In this document: one piece after another, positions 8,766 to 15,873 of the stretch
Layout: the number at the start of each line of letters is the position of its first letter
Numbering within the stretch: the stretch's first letter is position 1
Position numbers and translations under genes: made by a program
Assembly (NCBI GenBank): GCA_016840465.1
Contig: JAEOSH010000008.1
Location: 24,981 to 56,980, forward strand
Direction of reading: 5' to 3'
DNA: 32,000 nucleotides
Source of the DNA: Candidatus Baldrarchaeum yapensis
GTDB taxonomy: Archaea; Asgardarchaeota; Baldrarchaeia; Baldrarchaeales; Baldrarchaeaceae
The notes under the pieces: model-generated
What the model was told of the DNA's origin: nothing
Databases searched by the model: none
What the model saw: only the letters and a program-made list of their open reading frames with translations

Positions 8766-8779
8766 TTTCAGAAGTACTA
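8766..8779. repeat. Terminal inverted repeat (copy 2)
   Basis: TTTCAGAAGTACTA is the exact reverse complement of 7948-7961. Confidence 0.85.
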
Positions 8780-9064
8780 CTAATATCGAATGATATTGCA
8801 GATTCATGCTCTATTGATATTACTCCGGAATACTGGCTTAAGCGTGCCAAAAAGGCACCGCTTATATCTGGACATCGCCCATATCTCCTTACATAACAGC
8901 AAATGGAAAAATTAAAGAATTGAAGCGCGCAATTTCTAGATCTAACCGCATCATTCGGGTGAAGACATTTACTCATAAGATCTCTAACTTGTTATACTCT
9001 GCAATCGAAAAGACTATTACGTGAGCCTTACTTCTTTTTAGCTAGTCCAATAGCACGGACGGGA

Positions 9065-10171
9065 GTGTTAACGATGGCCTTGGCATTTGAAAGCGGTGAG
9101 CGTCCAGAATCCCCAGAGATAGAGGAAAAACTTTGGAAGAAGGTGGAATTTGCTCTTAAAGAACTAAGGGAGTTCAGAGAGCCGACTGTTGATGACGTGT
9201 TTACCGTTAAACGATATTACTTGGGACCCGAGGATTTTAAAGTGACAAACTACATCAGATCTAGGCCCTTCTCCGCCTTTAACCCAGGTGTTCTCCTACG
9301 AGGAGATAGAATACTACTATTTCCTAGACTTGTCTTTGAATTTTACCTTTACTCCTCAAGTGTAGGATTATGCAAGATAAAAATGGAAGATGTGATTTCG
9401 GGCGAAATAAAAAAGCCTCTGGAAACGAAAATAATTCTATGGCCTAAATATCCTTGGGAGCAAATGGGATGCGAGGATCCACGGGTTTTCGAATCCGGCA
9501 ACAAAGTGTATATCTTGTACTGTGGCAAGGGCGTTTATAGAACCGCTGATGGAAAATCTGTCAATAACGACGCATTAGCCCTAGCCGTAATGGATGAGAA
9601 TTGGAATGTTGAGAGGCGAGGGTACTTCTACGTTAAAATGGGAGATCTTAAGCACGTTCCATCAAACAGAGATAGTGCAATAATAAAAATGCAGGGATAC
9701 AGCGCGAACATCGTAACTAGGCCTGTAATTAGGAAAGTAAAGGTGTGTTGGCGTGCAAAAATAAATGTAAATGATTTCTCCATGCCTGAAGACGAATTAA
9801 AGCCGGTATTCGCACCGGAACATTGGGAATCTCACGTGGGTTGGTCAACGAATTGTGTGAAACTTTCGAGAAACGAGTATCTCGTGGGGTGGCACGGAGT
9901 CTCAAGCACGGATCTTACATATAGAAATGGCCTCGCAATAGTTGATGAAAATGGAGATCTTCTGGCTATAAGTAATTACACCCTATCCCCTAAAGGACTT
10001 ATAGAGGAGTATGGAGACAGACCTTTTACAATGTTCGGAAACGGACTAATTGTGTATAAAGAATACTTAATATGGGTAGGAGGCATCGGTGACTGTTGTA
10101 TCGGGATATTTATAGCGGAACTCGAAAAAGCTTTAGAAAAGATGAAAGATGTTAAGAGACATTTGTCATGA
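9065..10171 (+). CDS. GH130-like glycosidase/phosphorylase (COG2152, five-bladed beta-propeller)
   Basis: AFNPGV, GCEDPRV, RDSAII, HVGWS, YLVGWHG, FGNG motifs. Confidence 0.8.
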   Translation: MLTMALAFESGERPESPEIEEKLWKKVEFALKELREFREPTVDDVFTVKRYYLGPEDFKVTNYIRSRPFSAFNPGVLLRGDRILLFPRLVFEFYLYSSSVGLCKIKMEDVISGEIKKPLETKIILWPKYPWEQMGCEDPRVFESGNKVYILYCGKGVYRTADGKSVNNDALALAVMDENWNVERRGYFYVKMGDLKHVPSNRDSAIIKMQGYSANIVTRPVIRKVKVCWRAKINVNDFSMPEDELKPVFAPEHWESHVGWSTNCVKLSRNEYLVGWHGVSSTDLTYRNGLAIVDENGDLLAISNYTLSPKGLIEEYGDRPFTMFGNGLIVYKEYLIWVGGIGDCCIGIFIAELEKALEKMKDVKRHLS

Positions 10172-10534
10172 TATTCTGAAAAAGAGCCATCTTCTTCCCT
10201 CTACTCTTCTTAATACATAGGTCCCACGAAGCCTTTCTCCATCCAGAAAGAACACTATGGTATTCTCTCCCCTTTTCTTTAGAACGTAAGTCCCACGATC
10301 CCATATCTCAACAGTTCCGGCACCGTAAAATCCATCCGGAATTTCTCCTTCAAAGTACAGATAGTCAATATCATGATCCTCAACCTCAATTGCTAACCTT
10401 TTCACACTGGTAACTGCTGGAGGCTCTTTACGTAAAACCCAACTCTTAAGTACGTCATCCATTTCTAAACGAAGATCCCAATGTAGGCCAGCCCGTTTTG
10501 CCAGATGCTTATGAATCACAAAGCGAAGCCTCAT
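10166..10534 (-). CDS. Stand-alone LigD-type DNA 3'-phosphoesterase (PE domain)
   Basis: FVIHKH.A...LHWDLRLE..VLKSW, KRLAIEVEDH, FEGEIP..YGAG.V.IWD.G.Y. Confidence 0.92.
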   Translation of the reverse strand: MRLRFVIHKHLAKRAGLHWDLRLEMDDVLKSWVLRKEPPAVTSVKRLAIEVEDHDIDYLYFEGEIPDGFYGAGTVEIWDRGTYVLKKRGENTIVFFLDGERLRGTYVLRRVEGRRWLFFRIS

Positions 10535-10582
10535 ACTACCTTAAACTCCAAAAAAATAATTGTGGAATTAAATACCGATGCA

Positions 10583-11596
10583 TCACTTTATTGTTTCCCC
10601 GCCATAAACATCGCTGATGTCCTTCCATATTGCAAGAGCCCAGTCTCTCAATTCGTCCATGGTCGTTGCGGGATGCAGGTGCATCCTTATGAGATAATAG
10701 TGATCATCTATTGGAGTGAGATCTTTTTCGAAGGGATTAACAAGAATGGATAATGTCGACAAGCCGTAACTTTCAAATCTTATCGGTTGTGTTGCTGTAA
10801 GCCTTCTGGTCCTTATCAATGTGCCTAAAATCGCCAGCACAAGTCCTGTAGCGAGTACCATGATAACCTTCTCCAACTCTTTAATTATCCCCAAAACGAA
10901 CATCACCGGGGAAAGTGCAACTAGAAGAAGGCCTAAAACTATAAGTGGGATAATTGCCAAGTCATAAGACTTTATAGAAGCAATCCCGCTTGCACCTGTT
11001 GAATGTAAGAAGTAAACGTTCCTTATACCGCGTCTCTCGACGTAATACAATGATGCCCATTGTCCAGCACGTACATTCATGTTAACTCCGCATATGTTCT
11101 TAAGAACACCTCGCTCTATCGGAAAGCAATCGTACTCTCCCTTATAATCCCTACCCGCTTTGACGAAGAAAATCCTCCTATTAGTCCTCGTAACAAAAAC
11201 GTTTTCAAGTACCGTAAGAGGTTCTGAGTCTCTAGGTGTTCCCGTATAAGGATCAACATTTCGGAAGATTTCGACTTTATTGACGAAAAGCGGTAGTCCT
11301 TCAAGTTCCTCCCCCGGAAATAGAAAATCGGCGATAACGTCTGATATCGTAAGTTTAGCCATCTTATCCAATTCACCAACTCTGTGTGCTTCTGCGAACA
11401 TGGTATCCAGCGCATAAAGAAGTTTTGTCAAATTCTTATCCGGGATGTTTACCTTTTTGGACAATATTACCCCTGAGAGGTTGGCTCGTTCCCTCACAAT
11501 GGCCTCCTGCAGTGTTATTATCTTCTCCGTCGGAACCTCCTTGATAATCTGTGGAGATCTGAGCGCCGCCATGAGGTCTACTTCCCCTGTGCTCAT
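10583..11596 (-). CDS. Hypothetical membrane protein with a PH/GRAM-like fold signature and a 2-TM hairpin
   Basis: VFVTRTNRRIFF motif, two adjacent hydrophobic helices, terminal strand plus amphipathic helix. GGGAGTG RBS. Confidence 0.7.
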   Translation of the reverse strand: MSTGEVDLMAALRSPQIIKEVPTEKIITLQEAIVRERANLSGVILSKKVNIPDKNLTKLLYALDTMFAEAHRVGELDKMAKLTISDVIADFLFPGEELEGLPLFVNKVEIFRNVDPYTGTPRDSEPLTVLENVFVTRTNRRIFFVKAGRDYKGEYDCFPIERGVLKNICGVNMNVRAGQWASLYYVERRGIRNVYFLHSTGASGIASIKSYDLAIIPLIVLGLLLVALSPVMFVLGIIKELEKVIMVLATGLVLAILGTLIRTRRLTATQPIRFESYGLSTLSILVNPFEKDLTPIDDHYYLIRMHLHPATTMDELRDWALAIWKDISDVYGGETIK

Positions 11597-11613
11597 GGGC
11601 GACGCACTCCCCA

Positions 11614-11639
11614 GTGACGCTTATAAGGAGAAAGGTCAC
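11614..11639. promoter_or_regulatory. TATA-like palindrome CTTATAAG flanked by the inverted repeat GTGAC-N16-GTCAC
   Basis: GTGAC 11614-11618, CTTATAAG 11620-11627, GTCAC 11635-11639. It sits about 24 nt upstream of the minus-strand ATG at 11596. Confidence 0.4.
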
Positions 11640-11745
11640 CGCACAAAATAAGTCTTTCCAAAATAGAAAAACAAGTAGAAGATGGTATATCGATTAAACA
11701 ATTAACTGTTGTCAGAGACTCAAAGAAGCTTAAGCCCTTTTTCCA

Positions 11746-12588
11746 TTATCTTCTTGCAAGAATCTTCGCAATGCGCGGAAATATATACTCTGCGACGTCT
11801 CTCCTGTGACCCCCACCCGTTAGAACGATGTATCTCCCGTTGCACACGCGTTCCGCGCACTCCTTCACAACTTCCGCTAGTTTTATGAAGAAGTCTTGGG
11901 ACAATCCCCTATCGCCGTAATCTCCTCTGCATGTATCATGCCCTAAAAAGTGAAAGATTACCTCAGGTCTAAACTTTTCCGCTCTCTTGATGAACTCCTC
12001 CTCAACCAAAGACAGATATTCCTCATCCGAAGTCCTCCACCCGACATCCACATCAATCTTTGTGTTATCGTCCTCAGCACTGGAATAGCTACAAAAGCAT
12101 ACATGAAGCACATCCTTATCTCCTAGAAACATATCTCTGTCTCCATCTCCGTGATGGCTATCGGTGTCGAGTATTGCAACTCTCCGAACTCCATATTTCT
12201 CTCTCAAAACAAGAACTGCTGGACCTAAACACGACAAGTAGGTACCGCCCCACGCATGACTTCTTCCGGCGTGATGGCCTGCGGCAACGGTAAAAACCAA
12301 TGCATTTTTCAAATCTCCGGAAAGAACCATTTCAGAAGCTTTAACACAACCCCCAACAGCATAACGAGCCCCCTCATAGTACCACATTTTCCTCGTCCGA
12401 TCCACAAGATCACGTGTATGAACTCTATAAAGCAACTCTTCATCTACTGGCTTTGGCTCTATAAGGATAACATTTGGAAGCTTTAACACATCCTCCATGA
12501 CTTCAGGGAAATTTCTGAACTTATCTCCGATTATCGGCCAATCTTTGCCGCAAAACTTTTTAGTAAAGAAAATCCCGGTCTTGGTCAT
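11746..12588 (-). CDS. Histone deacetylase family (arginase/deacetylase fold) protein
   Basis: AGHHAG dyad, ILDTDSHHGDG, FLGHD, and GGGH in place of GGGY. Confidence 0.88.
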   Translation of the reverse strand: MTKTGIFFTKKFCGKDWPIIGDKFRNFPEVMEDVLKLPNVILIEPKPVDEELLYRVHTRDLVDRTRKMWYYEGARYAVGGCVKASEMVLSGDLKNALVFTVAAGHHAGRSHAWGGTYLSCLGPAVLVLREKYGVRRVAILDTDSHHGDGDRDMFLGDKDVLHVCFCSYSSAEDDNTKIDVDVGWRTSDEEYLSLVEEEFIKRAEKFRPEVIFHFLGHDTCRGDYGDRGLSQDFFIKLAEVVKECAERVCNGRYIVLTGGGHRRDVAEYIFPRIAKILARR

Positions 12589-12632
12589 AAGCGTACCCCC
12601 GCCAATGTCTCGAGTAGTGATTAAAATTGCTG

Positions 12633-12640
12633 TTTATAAA
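12633..12640. promoter_or_regulatory. Palindromic TATA-like box TTTATAAA in the divergent intergenic region
   Basis: 45 nt upstream of the HDAC start; direction cannot be determined. Confidence 0.35.
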
Positions 12641-12917
12641 AGTGAGTGGCCGTGCAAATCGTGAAAGTCGGGCCTCGATATCAACAGCAATTAAGTGATC
12701 TATCGTTCAATACGTGGCAGTAAGACCCTCCTAAAGGAAGATCTCGTGAGATGTGGGATTCCTACGCCTGCCAGATACGAATAGTTTTTTGAGCAAAGAA
12801 GCCGAATATCGTGTAGTTTATATTTCCGTCTGCTGACACTTATGTGAGAAAGCATCATGCTCTCGATCATTAACCGATCACAATCTTCCCCCACCTCGGT
12901 ATAGAGGTGCAAATTCC

Positions 12918-13349
12918 TTGTCGGATAATAAGAAAAAAGAGGAAAAGCGAAACCAGCAGGAAACCGGCACCACCGACCTGTCCATAGACGAAATTATAGA
13001 CTCTGAGGATGCGGTAAGAAGTGTTCTAAGGTATGTTAACGCAGTAAGTGACGTGCTCATGGAACAATATAGCGATGTCAGGAAAATGTTCACCGATCTG
13101 AGGATAGAAATGCGAAACCTAATGCTGGAGTTTAGAAGCACAAGCAAGAGCATGATGTCTTCCTTCAGCAAAGTCCTGAATATAGTTCAAGACATGATAG
13201 GAAGGCAGAGGCTCTTATCCGAAATAATAAAGTTCATCCTGCAAAGAATGGAAGCTCTAGAACAGAGAATAAGGAAGATCGAAAACTTTCTAGAAAACCT
13301 CGCCTATCCACTACTAAAAATAAGAAAGGAAAATGCAGAAGCCATCTGA
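12918..13349 (+). CDS. Soluble coiled-coil protein
   Basis: TTG start with GAGGTG RBS; long heptad-patterned helix, no TM segment. Confidence 0.75.
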   Translation: MSDNKKKEEKRNQQETGTTDLSIDEIIDSEDAVRSVLRYVNAVSDVLMEQYSDVRKMFTDLRIEMRNLMLEFRSTSKSMMSSFSKVLNIVQDMIGRQRLLSEIIKFILQRMEALEQRIRKIENFLENLAYPLLKIRKENAEAI

Positions 13350-13367
13350 TAAGATCCGAGGTGATGA

Positions 13368-13829
13368 ATGATAATAAAGAAAGGGCCGCGTGAGCACCGC
13401 GGACCTCTTAACCCCAAGGATGTAAAGAGAGTGCTTAAGGGGAGGGGACTTGTCGAAGGATACGCCCAGGGGGTCGCGCTTGTTTCCTCGCAACCGATAT
13501 CGTTTCTCGGAGGGGTGGATCCGGAAACGGGGATGATTATAGAAAAGGGGCATGAGCTCGAAGGAGAGAAGGTCACAGGGCGCATACTCGTATTTCCACA
13601 CGGCAAAGGGAGTACGGTCGGTTCTTATATTCTTTATAGACTTGCCACAAGGGGATTGGCGCCGAAGGCAATAATAAACGTGAAAAGCGATCCGGTGGTC
13701 GTAGTTGGGTGCGTGATATCGAATATACCGCTTGTTGATTCCCTTAACGGGAACCCAATTACCGAGATAAAGAGTGGAGATAGGCTTTTCGTTGATGGCT
13801 ATAGGGGGGAAGTTTACATCCTCAAGTAA
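13368..13829 (+). CDS. DUF126 aconitase X swivel domain (phosphomevalonate dehydratase small subunit-like)
   Basis: GRGLV.G.A.G.ALVS..PISFLGGVDPETG.I.E.GH.L.GE.V.G.ILVFP.GKGSTVGSY. GAGGTG RBS. Confidence 0.9.
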   Translation: MIIKKGPREHRGPLNPKDVKRVLKGRGLVEGYAQGVALVSSQPISFLGGVDPETGMIIEKGHELEGEKVTGRILVFPHGKGSTVGSYILYRLATRGLAPKAIINVKSDPVVVVGCVISNIPLVDSLNGNPITEIKSGDRLFVDGYRGEVYILK

Positions 13830-13877
13830 AGAATGCGATGGAATATCTCGACCATCAGATGTCCGCTCAGCAACTCA

Positions 13878-13884
13878 CTTATAC
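13878..13884 (+). promoter_or_regulatory. Putative TATA box of the C/D sRNA
   Basis: CTTATAC lies about 25 nt upstream of the predicted sRNA 5' end. Confidence 0.4.
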
Positions 13885-13904
13885 CAGTACATGTATTATC
13901 CACA

Positions 13905-13966
13905 TGGCGATGAAGACGCATGGCTTAGCTGAGGGTTCCGATGATTGATTTCCCGCATCCGAGCCG
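13905..13966 (+). ncRNA. Box C/D 2'-O-methylation guide sRNA (double guide, 16S rRNA targets)
   Basis: C GCGATGA 13907-13913, guide ..CGCATGGCTTAG, D' CTGA 13929-13932, C' CGATGA 13939-13944, guide ..TTTCCCGCAT, D CCGA 13959-13962. Guides are complementary to recalled archaeal 16S motifs CUAAGCCAUGCG and AUGCGGGAAA. Confidence 0.85.
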
Positions 13967-14015
13967 CAAACGTTAGACGCGCATCATCTCTGTACCCCTT
14001 AAATAAAGAGAGGGG

Positions 14016-15854
14016 TTGCAATTGCCAGCCGAGCATGCGTTTATAGGGAAATTCTTAGAGCCGGATGGTAAAGTCAACGGAAAAGCGTATCTCGATCTAT
14101 CAAAGCCGAGAGTGGGGGTCATTGTTGGGAAGAGGGGGTCAGGGAAGAGTTACACCGCGGGCGTGATACTAGAGGAGTGCATCAAGCGATATCCCGAGTT
14201 CGCCTATGTGGTCATAGACATAATGGGAATTTATTGGTCTTTAAAATATCCAAACCTGTACGCGAAGGAATTGCAAAAACCCGGATTCGAGGGGGAGGTA
14301 TCACCGGAGGGTTTTGAAGATAAGATTCGAGTTCTCGTGGTGGAGGGGGATAAGGAGAAGTACACTGAGGGAACCTACGATGGAACTATTAGCTTAAAGC
14401 CTAGTGCTATTAGTTACAACGTGTGGCTAAACGTATTCAGGCTCCGCCCAGATGAACCTCAAGCCATTTTGCTGAAACTTGCGATGGATAAGGCGAGGGA
14501 GAAGAAGGAAGATTTCACATTAGAGGACATTATCTCTGCACTCGATGAACTCTCGGAAGGAAAACAATTCCAGAAACAAACATTTTCCGCGCTTAAAGCG
14601 AAACTGAAATACGCAGAAAGTTGGGGGATATTTTCGGGTAAGGGGCTCGATCTCAGAGATATTCTCAAACCGGGTGTAATAACGATAATAGATGTAAGTG
14701 AAAGCGACAAGGTTATCGCAAATCTGCTTGTCGGCTTTTTAGCAGAAAAAATATACGAAGAGCGGAAAAAGTTGATAAGAGCGGAAAGATGGGCGGAAGT
14801 GTCTAAAGAGAAGGCAGATATCAAGGGGATACCACCAACATGGTTAATCATAGAGGAGGCGCACAACTTCCTGCCTAGAGAAAGGAAAACAAAGGCGACC
14901 GGACCTTTGGTGACATATGTTAAGGAAGGCAGACATCCCGGCTGTGCATTACTTCTCATAACGCAGGAACCGTCATCGCTCGATGTTAAAGTGCTAAAAC
15001 AGATAGATTTCCTGATTATACATGGCCTATCGCACAAAAACGACTTTAAGGCAGTATCACAAATAACACCATGCCCTCTTCCCGAAAACTTCGAAGATGT
15101 GCTCTTAAAGTTGGATAGAGGGCAGGCGCTGGTCTGTGTGAGCGGGTGGGAGAATGCACAACTCGTAAGCATACGCCCACGTGCATCTCTGCATATTGCG
15201 AGAACGGAGATTTTGGAGAAAAAGGAAACGGAAAAGACGGAAATTCTAGGCATATGGAAGATGCTGGAAAAGGAACACCTGAAAGTTAAAACGCTCCAGG
15301 AAAGGGTACGCTTACTAGAAAGAGAAAAAGAAGAGCTCGAGCGTAGGGTAAGGTTACTAGAAACGGAAAGAGAAAAACTGATGAAGAAGCTGGAAGAACA
15401 ACACGCGGAAATATTAAGGCTGCAAGAGTTGCTTAAGGAGAGAGAGTCGAGAATGCGGGAGTTAGAAGAGACTATAAGTAGACTGATGTCACGTGAGGAG
15501 TATATGAGTGGGGATGCTCGAAGAGTCGCAGGTGCAGTTGTGAAGGCAGTTGTAAGCGCGGTCAGATCGTTAAGCCCCGAGGCAATTGAGGTACTAAAGG
15601 TAATTTCGAGAAAGGAAAGAGTGGCTACGGATGAATTGCGTAAAGATCTTCCCGTAAAGGTCAGAGTTTCAAACGCCTTAAAGGAGTTAGTTGAAAAGGG
15701 TCTTGTACGCGAAGAAGCCGTAAATAAAAAGGGAAAGAAGAAAATTTACGTCTATAATATGAAGGACGTCATTAAAAGCGTCAGTATAGTTCCTCTAACA
15801 GATCAAGATGTTGAGATACTGGTTAGAAAAATAGAGAGCATAATATTTACATAA
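14016..15854 (+). CDS. HerA/FtsK-superfamily (DUF87) ATPase with a C-terminal coiled coil and winged helix
   Basis: GKRGSGKS, VVID..G.Y, IIEEAHNF, KEGRH (Arg finger), ITQEP. Heptads at about aa 415-495. wHTH-like LSPEAIEVLK...VSNALKELVEKGLV...IYVY. Confidence 0.85.
   Translation: MQLPAEHAFIGKFLEPDGKVNGKAYLDLSKPRVGVIVGKRGSGKSYTAGVILEECIKRYPEFAYVVIDIMGIYWSLKYPNLYAKELQKPGFEGEVSPEGFEDKIRVLVVEGDKEKYTEGTYDGTISLKPSAISYNVWLNVFRLRPDEPQAILLKLAMDKAREKKEDFTLEDIISALDELSEGKQFQKQTFSALKAKLKYAESWGIFSGKGLDLRDILKPGVITIIDVSESDKVIANLLVGFLAEKIYEERKKLIRAERWAEVSKEKADIKGIPPTWLIIEEAHNFLPRERKTKATGPLVTYVKEGRHPGCALLLITQEPSSLDVKVLKQIDFLIIHGLSHKNDFKAVSQITPCPLPENFEDVLLKLDRGQALVCVSGWENAQLVSIRPRASLHIARTEILEKKETEKTEILGIWKMLEKEHLKVKTLQERVRLLEREKEELERRVRLLETEREKLMKKLEEQHAEILRLQELLKERESRMRELEETISRLMSREEYMSGDARRVAGAVVKAVVSAVRSLSPEAIEVLKVISRKERVATDELRKDLPVKVRVSNALKELVEKGLVREEAVNKKGKKKIYVYNMKDVIKSVSIVPLTDQDVEILVRKIESIIFT
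15303..15386 (+). repeat. Imperfect 42-nt tandem duplication (two heptads) in the coiled coil
   Basis: agggtacgcttactagaaa at 15303 versus agggtaaggttactagaaa at 15345; protein RVRLLEREKEELER / RVRLLETEREKLMK. Confidence 0.6.
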
Positions 15855-15873
15855 ACTGGATAAAGGTGATTCT

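Larger units (their letters stand above)
7948..8779 (-). mobile_element. Degenerate insertion sequence, IS4-superfamily (ISH3-like), probably internally deleted
   Basis: A perfect 14-bp inverted repeat (TAGTACTTCTGAAA 7948-7961 / TTTCAGAAGTACTA 8766-8779) brackets broken DDE-transposase motifs on the minus strand. Confidence 0.75.

Noticed and set aside
8452-8976. Three successive in-frame TGA codons suggesting selenocysteine readthrough
   Set aside because: The frame is the transposase remnant, the TGAs are not in redox motifs, and the nearby hairpin lacks a SECIS-type apical AA.
8746-8976. 76-aa Cys-rich ORF in frame with the transposase remnant
   Set aside because: It crosses the TIR, has no clear RBS and no recognisable motif, so it cannot be supported as a gene or as the transposase N-terminus.
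14459-15253. 264-aa minus-strand ORF, and similar long antisense ORFs (55-429, 6877-7269, 7275-7718, 19866-20228, 23657-24172, 30845-31279)
   Set aside because: Antisense shadows of well-supported genes, Ser/Ile/Phe-rich and without motifs.
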